Position numbers and translations under genes: made by a program. A stretch of DNA of 64,000 nt from positions 1,888,001 through 1,952,000 of the forward strand of contig OZ244799.1 of assembly GCA_965219955.1 (NCBI GenBank), read 5' to 3'. Each line of letters begins with the position of its first letter. Position 1 is the first letter of the stretch. The notes beneath the pieces were generated by a model. It worked only from the letters and a program-made list of their open reading frames with translations. It searched no databases and was not told where the DNA came from. This DNA is from a bacterium. Its GTDB lineage: Bacteria > UBA8248. Positions 41,207 through 52,262 of this stretch are shown in pieces.

Positions 41207-42517
41207 CTAGAAGCTGTATTGAAGTCCTACCTGGAGGCGCGTCGCGTCGCCCTCCTCGCCGCCGTTCGTCTCGCGCCATCCCTGGATGATCTCCGCACCA
41301 ATCCTCGTCTTGGGCGCGGGTGACCACCAGATGGTGGCGTGCAGCGTCTGGAGCGACTGGCTGAGGGCCGGATACGCCGCTTGGGCGGCATCCTCGAAAT
41401 CATTCTCCACCCAGCCGTAATACAAGCCCGAGCTCACCGCGCTGGTCCAGTTATGCGTGATCCCCACGAAACCACCCATGGAATCCAGCGCTTCCAGCTC
41501 GTTGTTTGCGCTCAAGACAGCGGCGGCGGACGCTCCCAGCATGGATTGATCCAATCCGCCCTGGCCGACGTTGAACGTGCCCCACAGGCGGGTGTCCTTG
41601 CCCAGGCCGATGTTCGCGCCGAGGTGGAGAGCACTCATTGTGACGCTTTCTTCCAGCGCGCCGTCTTCGTAGAGAACCTGCCCCAACAGACCCGACACGT
41701 TAATTGCGCCCCAACCCGTTTTCATTCGCAGAGCCGCTACAAGGTTTGGAATCCGCTCCTGGGAGGACGTTTTTCCGCCGTCCTTCAGGATAGTCGGTGC
41801 GCTGGGATCCTCGAGCGCCACCTGCATCGTGAGGTCCTTTCCCATGGCCTGGGAGTAGCGGACTTGTGGCCGGCGGGTTGCGACCACGCCCACAGGACCT
41901 TCGAAATCGATCGTATCGGCGTAGGTGTTCTCGTCCATCAACGTCGTCCAGGTCTGGCCCGCCAGCACCCCGCCCAAAGTGCCGTAGGCGTGACGCAGGC
42001 GCAGGGCGTTGCCGCCACCGTAGAAATCGGTTTCGATTCTGGTTTTGAGGTTCCCCATTTTCGTCGGCGTCAGGCTGTCGAAGCGAAGGCGCGTCTGCCG
42101 GGCGTGCAAGGAGGCCTTGCGCTGACCACTGTCATCGCCCTCCAAGAGAATGCCGCTCGCGCCGCCTCCCCAGTCATAGCCGAAAAAGGAATCACCCATA
42201 TCCTGATCGAAATCGTAGATGGCGTCGAGCTTGACGTAGCCACTGAACGAGACGGAAGTGTTCGATCCCGGCATCTTCCAGGAGCCCGGAAAATCACCGG
42301 TAGCCACGGCCTTTTTCTGGGCGGCTTCCTGGGCGGCCATCATATCGGCCTTCATCTTCTTCTCCCGGGCTTCGAGAGCTTCGAGCCGCTCCATGAGAGC
42401 CTTGATCTGCGCCTTGAGATCGTCTATCTCTCCCCCGGCGGCAGGTGCTGCGAACAACGCCAAGGCCGTTACGCATCCAAGAAGCGCCAAACCGAAACGA
42501 TTTGTTAGGTTTCTGAT
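41207..42517 (-). CDS. DcaP-family trimeric porin
   Basis: N-terminal coiled coil, GYVKLDAIYD, ARQTRL, LRLRHAYG, LAGQTWT, C-terminal QYSF. The start is either ATC at 42517 (SD-spaced) or TTG at 42490. Confidence 0.88.
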   Translation of the reverse strand: MRNLTNRFGLALLGCVTALALFAAPAAGGEIDDLKAQIKALMERLEALEAREKKMKADMMAAQEAAQKKAVATGDFPGSWKMPGSNTSVSFSGYVKLDAIYDFDQDMGDSFFGYDWGGGASGILLEGDDSGQRKASLHARQTRLRFDSLTPTKMGNLKTRIETDFYGGGNALRLRHAYGTLGGVLAGQTWTTLMDENTYADTIDFEGPVGVVATRRPQVRYSQAMGKDLTMQVALEDPSAPTILKDGGKTSSQERIPNLVAALRMKTGWGAINVSGLLGQVLYEDGALEESVTMSALHLGANIGLGKDTRLWGTFNVGQGGLDQSMLGASAAAVLSANNELEALDSMGGFVGITHNWTSAVSSGLYYGWVENDFEDAAQAAYPALSQSLQTLHATIWWSPAPKTRIGAEIIQGWRETNGGEEGDATRLQVGLQYSF

Positions 42518-43059
42518 TGTTCACTCCCTCGTAGCAGGTCAAAAGGGCGGAAAGGGCAACAAATGAAAATACAATGCGTGGAACGATGTTCTTTCGTACC
42601 AAGGGAATTTCCCTGCAATCAGTTGATGCTGCCTGAAGTTTACTATTTTTAGAGTACCCGGGGCAAATCTTCTCTGACTCTTGGCATCTTTTCTTTTCCC
42701 GGCGTAATGACACGAGAGGGGAGCCGGAGGAGTTTGTGGTTAGCGGGTTCGCAAGTCCCCTGGGAACCGAAAACCTTGACATCGGCCTCGCCCCCTCCCG
42801 GCCGGTGACAATGGCTGTGGAGAGAAAATATGCAAAACGAGATAAAATAATCACAAACTGCCTGGAAAATCAGGGGATTTCCAAAAAAATCAGTTGCAAT
42901 CTTTATCATCTCGACTCACATTTGTTTCGTCCGCCTACGCTGCGGTACTGCCTGGGGCGGGATGTCAAATGCGCGAAGGACGTCTTTGCAGCGGCCGCTT
43001 CGGGTTCTGCAAAACTTCCCGCCGCCGTTAGCCCGACGCCGAAGAAAGGGCGAATAACG

Positions 43060-43461
43060 ATGAGAACACAGACGCGGCCCGTCATCATCGATCAAGCGGA
43101 TTTACCCTGGGAAGGATGGGAAGATGCCGATGTCGCCGCAAGCAGCGCCATCCGCTGGAAACTCCTGACCGCGGGCGAACGCACGGGAAGCGCCGGACTC
43201 GTCACCGGAATCGCGGAGATTCCGCCGGGCGAGCGGCTCTTGCTGCATCACCACGGGCCGGAAGAGACCTACTACATCGTGCAGGGGCGCGGGCGCTTGG
43301 AAATCGATGCCCGTGCGGCAGATGTCGGGCCCGGATGCGCCGCCTATATTCCGCCCAATGCGAGACACGCGTTGCACTGCACTGGAGAGGAACCTCTCAT
43401 CCTGGTATTCTCGTTCGCGCGGGACCGCTTCGACCAAGTCGACTACCAATTCGACGAATAG
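43060..43461 (+). CDS. Cupin domain protein, DddW (DMSP lyase)-like
   Basis: HHHGPEETYY gives HxH-x3-E-x-Y. Also YIPPNARH, RWKLL and FDQVDYQF. Confidence 0.8.
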   Translation: MRTQTRPVIIDQADLPWEGWEDADVAASSAIRWKLLTAGERTGSAGLVTGIAEIPPGERLLLHHHGPEETYYIVQGRGRLEIDARAADVGPGCAAYIPPNARHALHCTGEEPLILVFSFARDRFDQVDYQFDE

Positions 43462-43672
43462 GGCCTCGCCGTCAGATGTGCGGATCAGGCCGTGCAACAC
43501 GATCATGCCATGGCGGCGGCGATCTCCCGCCGGATATATTCAAGCTCCTCATTCGTGCGGCGCTTTGCCGGCTGAAGAGGCAGTCGGGTGGCGACCGCTC
43601 TTCGGGGTCGTCCAGCACCGGGTAGGGAAAGCTTGTGCAGGCCGGTGTCCCGCCGCTACGGGCACGGTGTGT

Positions 43673-43905
43673 TCAGGAGGAGGACGCCCCTGGATTCCCT
43701 CTCAGAATGTCGGCCACGATGATCTCCGATACGAGGAGGGCGGCCTCTCTCGCCGAATCACGCGCGGGATACGCGTAGCGCGCCGTGGTCTCGACCCCTA
43801 TGTGGCCGAGCAGCTTCCCGATAGCGGGCAGGGACTCGCCCAGCGTGAGCGCCCGGCTCGCGAGCAAATGACGCAGGTCAGGAATGCGGACAATATCGAG
43901 TCCCG
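43673..43905 (-). pseudogene. Tyrosine integrase C-terminal remnant
   Basis: RIPDLRHLLASRAL...IGKLLGH...TTARYA (box II and the catalytic Tyr region). Confidence 0.8.
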
Positions 43906-44400
43906 CGTGCGCTCGGGGTATTCGGCGAGGGCACGCAGCGAATCATCCGCCGGGCCGTGGAGTCGGAGTTGAGAGCCTTTCTGGAAGAGGATTCTCCCAA
44001 GCGAGACGCGCGAAGTCGTCGCGCGGTGGTGCGCAACGGCTACCTGACTTTGCGGGAAGTGTTGACGGGAATCGGCATGGTACGGGAGTGACGTGTCACG
44101 ATATCTGAATGGTTTGTGAAGATTCACAGTGTATGAGCCGGACCCGGCCGGGGCAAACCCGGAAAGAGCCGAGGGATACAACGCGAGCGCACCATGTCGC
44201 CGGGCACCGCGGAGCGGGATTTCCCGAAGATGAGGGCGCGAATTCGCCAGGGCGGAGCATGACGGGAGGGCGGGTTGCATCAAGGCAGGCCGGGAGGGAT
44301 CGTGTCTCTCGCGCTTTTGTTCAAACACCTTGAGTGAAGCGTGCTGCTGAAAGGACGGAAGCACCGGCCTGCCGGCTCGCCCCTCGGCGAATGAAGCCCG

Positions 44401-44860
44401 CTACGGGGCGCATTCGGAACCGGAAGCCCGACTCCAGTCTTCTCCCATGACGTCGTCCGCGATGCTCCCGGCGACCCGCTCCGCGGCCTCCTGCTCCGAG
44501 TTACGCGCGAGGTGCGCGTAGCGCGCCGTCGTCTCCATCCCGCTGTGGCCCAGGAGTTTCCCGATCACGGGCAGCGCCTCGCCGAGCGCCAGCGCCCTCG
44601 ACGCGTAGGAGTGCCTCAAGTCGTCAAGTCTCCAAATTCTCCAGGCCCCCCAAGTCCCTCACGGCCCCCAGTACTAGTGGACGTTCAACGGGCGCGTCCT
44701 TTCCGTTTTGGCCGAGGAACATGTGGGGGTCGTCCCGCGAGCGGGGAACCTCTTGCAACACCCTGAGCACGGGCGCCGTCAGCGAAACCATGTGAGTACC
44801 CGCCTTGGCATCTTAGAGTCTCAATCCGCCCACCGCGCGGTCAATGCCGTCCCAGCGTAT
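44401..44860 (-). pseudogene. Tyrosine integrase C-terminal remnant
   Basis: DLRHSYASRALALGEALPVIGKLLGHSGMETTARYAHL. The upstream part is degenerate, with stops. Confidence 0.82.
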
Positions 44861-45163
44861 TCGTTTTGCTCCGATGCTTTGCTAATCCCCATCACTACAA
44901 GAGAGAACCTTTGCCCGACGTAAACGCGTGTCTATTGGCTTGAGTTGTAATTTATCCGCTTTCGATTTGATTACATTTTATGGAAGGCCGATTTCAAAGG
45001 AAGCTTCTACAAACCAACTCCTCGCATAGTGTCAACAAACTACAGGGATATAACTGTCACTGAAAATCCCCGCCGCCCATAAACGAGCGGATTACAATTT
45101 CCGATGTTCTTTCTTAAAATGCGTGATTTCAAGAAGCCTGAATGGGCGACGGACTTGCATATT

Positions 45164-46582
45164 TCAAATCTGCCAGTCGCCGCCCAGGGCGAGAAAGAGG
45201 TTGACGCGCTGCTCCAGCGCGAGGCGCCGGATGGAGAGCTTGTTGCTCTTCGCTGAGAGCACGCGCTGTTGGATGGCCAGCAGGTCGATCAGGGCGATTT
45301 CGCCTTCCTTGTATCGGAGTTGCGCGATTCGATGCGCTTTTTCCGCTTCGCTCAACGCGACGCCGAGCGCCTCCTCGCGCCGGGCGAGCGTGCCGGCGAG
45401 GTCGAGGTTGGTTTCCACCTCGCTGAACGCGCCCAGCGCGGTTTGGGCGTACGCCGCCAGGGCCTGTTTTTGCTCCGCCGTGGCGATTTCCACCTGCGCT
45501 CTTCTCACGCCGCCGTCGAAGATGGGGGCCAGCAGGTTTCCCACGAGCCGCCAGGCGATGTTGGCCGGATCGACGATGTTCGACAGGGCGTTGGAGGTGC
45601 CGCCGATGTTGCCGGTCAGACTCAACTGCGGCAGGCGCGCGGCCTTCGCCTGTTTGAGGGCGTTGAAGGCGGCGGCGACGCGGCGTTCGCCCGCAATGAG
45701 GTCCGGCCGCCGCTCCAGTATGTCCGAGGGTACGCCCGGCGGCGGCATGGGCGGCAGCGGCGGGAGCGCCGCGCGTACGGCGATATCGCCTTTCGGGTAG
45801 CGTCCCAGCAGCACTTCCAATGCCCGCAGGGCCTCTCTCTCTGACGCTTCCAGCGCGATCAGTTGTTCGCGGGTGGACGCCAAATCGGATTTCGCCAGCG
45901 CGACATCCTGGGCGGTAGCGAGGCCGTTCTCGTATTGCACATTGATGATGCGGACGGTTTCTTTGAGCGATGCGAGGATTTCCCTCAATATGGCCGTTTG
46001 CCGCCCCGCCTCGATGGAGATGAAGTAGGCTTTAGCCGTCGCCGCCGCCAGGGAGTGCTGCGCGTATTTGTAGTCGGCGGCCGCGGCTTCGGCGCTTGCG
46101 ACGGCGGCGCGCCGCCCCGCGCCGATGCGCCCCCACAGGTCGACTTCCCAGTTCAATTGGACCGAGAGCGAGAGGTTCGAGGTCTCGGGCGCGGCGCTCT
46201 CGAGCGCGCCGGCGCGCGAACCGGCGAAGGCCAGTTTCACCTGGGGCTTCAGTTGCGCGCCGGCCTGAACGGCCAACGCCCGGGCGCGCTCCACGTTCGC
46301 CGATGCGGCCATGAGGTCGCGGTTGTTCGCCAGGGTCTGCGCGACGAGTTCGTTCAGCCGGGCGTCCCCGAAGGATTTCAGCCAACCGACCCGCCTCGCG
46401 CTTCTGAGCTGCGTTTCGTCCACGCTCGTCGCCCAGGTTTGCGGCGTGAACGTGGTTTCGCGCGCGATTTTGGCCTTGACGGCCCGGTCGTCGCGGACCT
46501 TGGCGCGGCCGCAGCCGGTCAACGCGACCAGAACACATACCGACAACACCTGAACGGGCAGGAGCGGCCTTTTATTCCGCAT
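45164..46582 (-). CDS. RND efflux outer-membrane factor (NodT/TolC family lipoprotein)
   Basis: Lipobox LTGC; WEVDLWGR, RRPDLIA, PIFDGG, LFLALGGDW. Confidence 0.93.
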   Translation of the reverse strand: MRNKRPLLPVQVLSVCVLVALTGCGRAKVRDDRAVKAKIARETTFTPQTWATSVDETQLRSARRVGWLKSFGDARLNELVAQTLANNRDLMAASANVERARALAVQAGAQLKPQVKLAFAGSRAGALESAAPETSNLSLSVQLNWEVDLWGRIGAGRRAAVASAEAAAADYKYAQHSLAAATAKAYFISIEAGRQTAILREILASLKETVRIINVQYENGLATAQDVALAKSDLASTREQLIALEASEREALRALEVLLGRYPKGDIAVRAALPPLPPMPPPGVPSDILERRPDLIAGERRVAAAFNALKQAKAARLPQLSLTGNIGGTSNALSNIVDPANIAWRLVGNLLAPIFDGGVRRAQVEIATAEQKQALAAYAQTALGAFSEVETNLDLAGTLARREEALGVALSEAEKAHRIAQLRYKEGEIALIDLLAIQQRVLSAKSNKLSIRRLALEQRVNLFLALGGDWQI

Positions 46583-46585
46583 CGC

Positions 46586-49500
46586 TCACGGCTCCCTCGA
46601 CTTCTGTCGGACGGATTCGGAAAACAAGGCGTAGAGCACCGGCGCGATCACCAGCGTCAGCAGCGTGGCGAAGGTGAGTCCGAATACGAGCACCACGGAC
46701 ATCGACTTGAAGAACGCATCGAAATACAACGGCATCACCCCCAGCACGGTCGTCAGCGCGCCCATCATGACGGGGCGGACGCGGCCGGCCGCCGCATCGA
46801 CCACGGCGTCGAAACGCGGCTTGCCCTCGCCGATCTCCAGATCGGTCTGATCGACGAGCACGATGGCATTCTTGATCAAGAGCCCCGACAAGGACAACAG
46901 GCCCAGTATCGCCATGAACTCCATGGGCGTGCCCGTCGCCAGCAGCCCGACGACCACCCCGATGATGGCGAGCGGCACGACCAGCCAGATCACGACGGGC
47001 TGCCTGACGCTGCCGAAAAGGATGAACACGACGAGTACCATGGCGAGGAAACCCAGCGGGATGGTCGAGGCCAGGTTTTCGTTGGCTTCGCTGGAATCGC
47101 CGTACTCCCCGCCCCATTCGAGCCGATGGCCCTCGGGCAGGTCGATGGCTTCGATCTTCGGACGAAGGCGCGCGAGGAGATCCGCAGGCAGTTCGCTCGG
47201 GTAGGGGTCGCTTTGCGCCTTGATTCGCCAGACGCGGTCCTTGCGCCGTACCAGGCCGTCGCGCCATATCGTCCGGAAGCCTTCGGTCACCTGGGCGATG
47301 GGCACCGCTCTGCCCGTGACCGAACTCAGCACCTGAATGTTGCGGATGTCGTCGATATCCACGCGCTCGTGTTCGGGCGCGCGGGAGATGATCGGGACCA
47401 GTTCGTCCTTCTCGCGGTAGACGCCGACGACACGCCCGGAAAAGTTTCTCTGGAGGGCCTGCGCGAGGTCCTCGCGGGAGACGCCCGCGCGCCGTCCGGC
47501 GCTTTTCGCATAAACGGGTTCGATCACGCTCACCGGCTGGCGCCAGTTGTCCTTTATCGAGAGCGCACCGCCGTCGGCCGCCATGACGGCCTTGGCCCGG
47601 TCCGCCAGGGCGCGAAGCGCCTTCGGTTCGGGCCCGCTGAACTCGGCCTCGATTTTCGACCCGCCGCCGGGCCCCAGCACGAAGCGCCACACCTTCCCCT
47701 GGGCTTGGGGAAAGGCGTTTTCCACGTGTTCTTGAATCTCGGGCATCAGGGCGTCGATCATCTTGTAGTCGTACGTGCGCACCAGCAGTTGTCCGAAAGC
47801 CGGGTTCGCGGACTCGGGGGTATAGACCAGCATGAATCGCGGCGCGCCGGCCCCGATGGACGCCTGCACCGCGCTGACCCCTTCCAGACCCGCGACGAAC
47901 TTCTCAAGCTCCGTGATGTCGCGTGCGGTCCTTGAGATGTCCGTCCCCTCGGGCAGCCAGTAGTCCACGACGAACAGCGGCGTGGTGGATGCGGGGAAAA
48001 ATCCGGACTTGACGAACTTAAATCCCCACGCCGAGGCGAGGAATATGCCCAGGGTGCCGATGAGTACGACGATGCGCATTCTGAGTGCGAAGCGCAGAAA
48101 CCATTTGTATGCCCGCAAGAAGCCACTCTCACCCCTCTCACCGCGGCCCGGGGGCTGCGCGGGCTCTCTGAAGAGCCAGAAGCAGAACAGCGGCGTCAGC
48201 GTGATGGCGAATACCCAGCTGCACATGAGTGAAATCAGGATCACCCAGAACAGATGGCCGGTATACTCGGCGGTGGAGCCGGGGGCGAAGCCGATGGGCG
48301 CGAAGGCGATGATGCCGACCAAGGTGCCTCCCAGCAGCGGCAAGACGGCGCGCTTGACGATGCGGTTCGCGATTTCGAGTTTCTTCGCGCCGCCCTGGAC
48401 GCCGACGAGAATGCCCTCGGTCACCACGATCGCATTATCCACCATCATGCCCAGGGCGATGATGAGCGCGCCGAGTGAGATGCGGTGCATGGGAATATCG
48501 ACGGCGTGCATCGTCGCCAGGGTGGCGAAAATCGTCATCAGCAGGATCGCGCCGATCACGACGGCCGACCTCAGCCCCATGAAGATCAGCAGCGTGACGA
48601 TGACGATGACCAGCGCGGCGACCACGTTGACGACGAAGACCTGTACCGATTCGTCGACGATTTTTCCCTGGTGGTAGAATTGATGGAGCTCGACGCCCAG
48701 GGGGCGAAACCTCTCGCCGTCCGCGATTTTTTCGTCGATGGCCGCGCCGATTTTTACGATGTTCCCGCCCGATACGCCCGAGACGCCCAGCGCAACCGCC
48801 GCCTCACCGTTGTAGCGATAGAGTTTTTCCGCAGGCTCGCGGTACCCCCGCCACACGCGCGCGATGTCCTTCAGAAAAATTACTTTCCCCTTGTTGTCCG
48901 AGGACACGAGAAGGTTCCGGATCGCCTCGACGGAGTCAATCGACCCCGTGGGATCGATCACGATACGCTGATCGCCGATTTTGACGTCGCCGGATGCGAC
49001 GACGGCGTTTTGCCGCGCGAGGGTGTCGTAGATGTTGGATATGGAAAGCCCCAGGGCGGTCGCGTCCTGCCGGGAGATCTCGACGAAAATCGCTTCCCTC
49101 CTCAGTCCGTCCAGCGTTACGCGGGCGACGCCTTCCACTTCCAGCAGCGCGCGCTGCAGGGATTTGCCGTAGCGCTTGAGTTCGGCGGGCGAATAACCAT
49201 CGCCCGTAATGAAGTAGAGCAGACCGAAGACGTCGCCGAAATCATCAGCCACGTAAGGCGTTTCCGCGCCGGGCGGCAGGGCGCGGGCGGCGTCGTTCAC
49301 CTTGTTGCGCAGCTTGGTCCAGATGAGCTGAAGGTCGGTTTTGGTGGGTGAGGCTTCGTATTTTATCTCCACGTTGATTTCGGATTTTCCCGCGGTGGAC
49401 ACCGACTCGATGGAATCGACCTCCGCCAGTTGCTGGATGGCCTTCTCTAGGGGTTCGGTGATTTCGAACGCGACCTCGTGGGGGCCGGCGCCCGGGTAGT

Positions 49501-49648
49501 TCGTGACGACGAGCGCCTGGCGGATGATGAATTCCGGATCCTCGAAACGCGCCATGTTCTGGTAGGCCGACCAGCCGCCCGCAATCGTCAACGCGATGAC
49601 GATGACGCTTAACACGGTGTTCTTGATGGTGAATTCGGCGATTTTCAT
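46586..49648 (-). CDS. RND efflux permease (AcrB family)
   Basis: EDPEF, GMMVDNAIVV, GLLIKNAIVLVD, RVRPVMM; 1020 aa. Confidence 0.95.
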   Translation of the reverse strand: MKIAEFTIKNTVLSVIVIALTIAGGWSAYQNMARFEDPEFIIRQALVVTNYPGAGPHEVAFEITEPLEKAIQQLAEVDSIESVSTAGKSEINVEIKYEASPTKTDLQLIWTKLRNKVNDAARALPPGAETPYVADDFGDVFGLLYFITGDGYSPAELKRYGKSLQRALLEVEGVARVTLDGLRREAIFVEISRQDATALGLSISNIYDTLARQNAVVASGDVKIGDQRIVIDPTGSIDSVEAIRNLLVSSDNKGKVIFLKDIARVWRGYREPAEKLYRYNGEAAVALGVSGVSGGNIVKIGAAIDEKIADGERFRPLGVELHQFYHQGKIVDESVQVFVVNVVAALVIVIVTLLIFMGLRSAVVIGAILLMTIFATLATMHAVDIPMHRISLGALIIALGMMVDNAIVVTEGILVGVQGGAKKLEIANRIVKRAVLPLLGGTLVGIIAFAPIGFAPGSTAEYTGHLFWVILISLMCSWVFAITLTPLFCFWLFREPAQPPGRGERGESGFLRAYKWFLRFALRMRIVVLIGTLGIFLASAWGFKFVKSGFFPASTTPLFVVDYWLPEGTDISRTARDITELEKFVAGLEGVSAVQASIGAGAPRFMLVYTPESANPAFGQLLVRTYDYKMIDALMPEIQEHVENAFPQAQGKVWRFVLGPGGGSKIEAEFSGPEPKALRALADRAKAVMAADGGALSIKDNWRQPVSVIEPVYAKSAGRRAGVSREDLAQALQRNFSGRVVGVYREKDELVPIISRAPEHERVDIDDIRNIQVLSSVTGRAVPIAQVTEGFRTIWRDGLVRRKDRVWRIKAQSDPYPSELPADLLARLRPKIEAIDLPEGHRLEWGGEYGDSSEANENLASTIPLGFLAMVLVVFILFGSVRQPVVIWLVVPLAIIGVVVGLLATGTPMEFMAILGLLSLSGLLIKNAIVLVDQTDLEIGEGKPRFDAVVDAAAGRVRPVMMGALTTVLGVMPLYFDAFFKSMSVVLVFGLTFATLLTLVIAPVLYALFSESVRQKSREP

Positions 49649-49700
49649 GGCGCGGCGCAGTCGATGAGGTGGGTCGGGCCGGGTGGTCGATTCGGGCGCA

Positions 49701-50771
49701 TCATTTCCACTCTCTGATCTTCATGCCCTCCGAGAGATAGGCCGCGCCCGCCCCGGCGATGGTTTCCTCGGCCGCGAGCCCCGCGGTGACGACGACCGTC
49801 TCGCCCACACCCTCTTCGAGCGTGACGGCGCGCTTCGATACCCGCATCGTTTTCCTGTCCACAGCCCAGACGTAGTTGTTCTTCCCGTCGCTGGTCACTG
49901 CGGCCAGCGGCACCGCCACGCGCGGCGTGCGCGCCTTGTTTTCGATTCGCAACTCCACGTTGGCGTTCATGCCGGGCAGGACGAGCAGGTTTTCGGGAGG
50001 ACGGAAGGCGAACGTGACCGCGTAGGTCTGGGACGCCGTATCCGCCAGAAGCGTCGCCTCCTTGAAGGCGGCCCTGATGCGCCGGTCCGGGGCCGCGTCC
50101 AGTATGACGAATGCCTGCTGATTCCTTTTTTCGGCGGTCTTTCTGGGAATCCTGGCCAAAAAAGCGGCGGGCAGATCGATGGCGGCTTCGAACGAGTCGC
50201 CGCTCATGAATTTGACGACGGCCTGGCCCGGCGACACGTTTTGCAGTTTCCTCACCATCGTCTGCGCGATCAGCCCGTCGAAGGGCGCGCGCAGCACGGA
50301 GTCGGCCAGCGTCTTTTCGGCGTGCTCGAGCTGCGCCCGGCTCACGTCCCGCTGGGTCTTGCGCTTCTCCAGCACGGTGCGCGCGATGGCGTCCTGCGCC
50401 GCCAGGCGAACCGCGCGCCGATATTCTTTCTCCGCGTTTTGGTATTGCGACCTGGCCGAGGCGAGGGCGGAGCGGAAATCTCGCTGATCCAGTCTGGCGA
50501 TGAGCGCGCCGCGCTTAAGGCGCTGCGCATCCCGGACCGGGAATTCGCGCAGCATCCCGCCCACCTGGAGGCTGAGCTCGGACAACCGGCCCGCACCGAT
50601 CACCGCCGGGAAGCGGCTCACCCGCGCCCCGCCGGCCGCCTTGACCGTGATCAGCTTGACCGGACGCACGGCCGGGGTTCTGCGCTTCGTTTCCGGGGCG
50701 TCTTCGCAGGCATATAGGAACAGAGCGAGGAACAAAACGACGCACGGGCCGAAGCGGATTCTGGCCGACAT
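49701..50771 (-). CDS. RND efflux periplasmic adaptor
   Basis: RPVKL, LIARLDQRD, LRAPFDG, LPGM, VPLAAV. Confidence 0.93.
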   Translation of the reverse strand: MSARIRFGPCVVLFLALFLYACEDAPETKRRTPAVRPVKLITVKAAGGARVSRFPAVIGAGRLSELSLQVGGMLREFPVRDAQRLKRGALIARLDQRDFRSALASARSQYQNAEKEYRRAVRLAAQDAIARTVLEKRKTQRDVSRAQLEHAEKTLADSVLRAPFDGLIAQTMVRKLQNVSPGQAVVKFMSGDSFEAAIDLPAAFLARIPRKTAEKRNQQAFVILDAAPDRRIRAAFKEATLLADTASQTYAVTFAFRPPENLLVLPGMNANVELRIENKARTPRVAVPLAAVTSDGKNNYVWAVDRKTMRVSKRAVTLEEGVGETVVVTAGLAAEETIAGAGAAYLSEGMKIREWK

Positions 50772-51003
50772 CTGGACGCTTCTCCCTGGGTGGTTTCACG
50801 CGCCAACTGTGAAAGCCTGCACAGCGGAACGACCTTCCTCTCTATATGACGGGCAACAAAAAAAACCTTATTATAGATTATGAACTCTTACAAGCAACGG
50901 AGTATTCATTGCAGACGCTTAAATGGAGTGGATTTCGAGCCATACTAGGGCATTTCAGCGGCAGCAGACATAATTTCCATTGGTGCGATACAGGGACCAG
51001 TGC

Positions 51004-51459
51004 ATGTTGAGACAGATATTCATTGGAACTATCGTTATATTCTTTACGATTGTGATACAGGTGCTGTTCATCAGCACGGCCGCCGAAGTGCTGAGAAGAC
51101 GAAAAGCATGGCTTGTGAAACCGCCTTTCTTCGTCAAGACAATCGTTGCGCTGGTCGGCGTGGTTCTATGGCTAATCGTGGGAATCAGCCTCAGTGCATG
51201 GTCCTGGGCGGGTGTATTGCTGTTTCTCGGCACATTTCGAACCATGGAACCGGCCCTATATTTTTCCATTGTCACATTCACGACGTTGGGGTATGGGGAT
51301 ATCACCGTCGATTCGCAATGGCGCATTCTGGCCAGTTTCGCTGCCGTAGACGGCCTCATCATATTCGGTGTGAACACTGCATTTTTGGTCGAATTCACCA
51401 GGCGCTTGCGGCTGACTCAGCTAGGAATTCTCGAATCGAACAATGCGAACAACGAGTAA
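51004..51459 (+). CDS. Potassium channel family protein (Ion_trans_2)
   Basis: ALYFSIVTFTTLGYGDI selectivity filter between TM helices. Confidence 0.9.
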   Translation: MLRQIFIGTIVIFFTIVIQVLFISTAAEVLRRRKAWLVKPPFFVKTIVALVGVVLWLIVGISLSAWSWAGVLLFLGTFRTMEPALYFSIVTFTTLGYGDITVDSQWRILASFAAVDGLIIFGVNTAFLVEFTRRLRLTQLGILESNNANNE

Positions 51460-52262
51460 GGAAACAACAGAAGTCCGTTCGTCACAAGAGAAGTACACAC
51501 TCTCCTTGCAAGCATTCTCTCGGGCGTTGATCTATCTCTAGAAAGAGGCCGGAGGCGGTCGCCATACTTTTTTATGGATTCCGATACAGAACAGACTTTG
51601 ATGCTAAATGCTTTCTTGAATACTTTCGCACATTGCGACCGTTCGAACCCGTAAATGCTATAACTTGAATGGTGAAGTCAAAAGCACGTGACATTACTTT
51701 CGAGATATATAAATCCAAGTTGTGGCAGATACGGTGTGCGCGCTCAATTGGAGAAGGTGGCACATCTAAAACCGCTCTTAGTAACGAGGATACTCATCCT
51801 TGCTCTTTCTATCGCGTGGTTAATGGTACGACGAATATTGTTGCGGCAGAGCCTCGGATATTCCTGCTTTGATTATAAGGCATAACACTCGATGGCGATT
51901 TCTCCCGTCCACGCCCGTAGACGCGAGACGTCGTGCCAGATATGCATTCGAAACAGCATGTCCATGCCTACGCCGAATGCCTGTTCGATACGGTGTGTCA
52001 GCTTTTGTGAAAGCGACGCCTTACCGTTCAGCAGGCCGAAAGCGTCGCACGGCGAACGCCAAGAATCCCGACGCTCCTGGTCACGCTCAGACCCAGCGCA
52101 TCGAATACCTCCGTTCTTATGAACATGAACCTGCCGAGACGAGGGCTGGACCTAATAGTGATCGTTTTCTTTTGGAAGCCGATAATTACGGGAAATCTCC
52201 ATCCGCAGGGATGAAAGCAGAAGCGTCGTGAACAACATCGAAGAACAACCCTGGAGACATTT

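Noticed and set aside
51550-52260. Short ORFs in the AT-rich stretches here and at 54700-55430
   Set aside because: No recognisable motifs or SD-supported frames; probably decayed foreign DNA.
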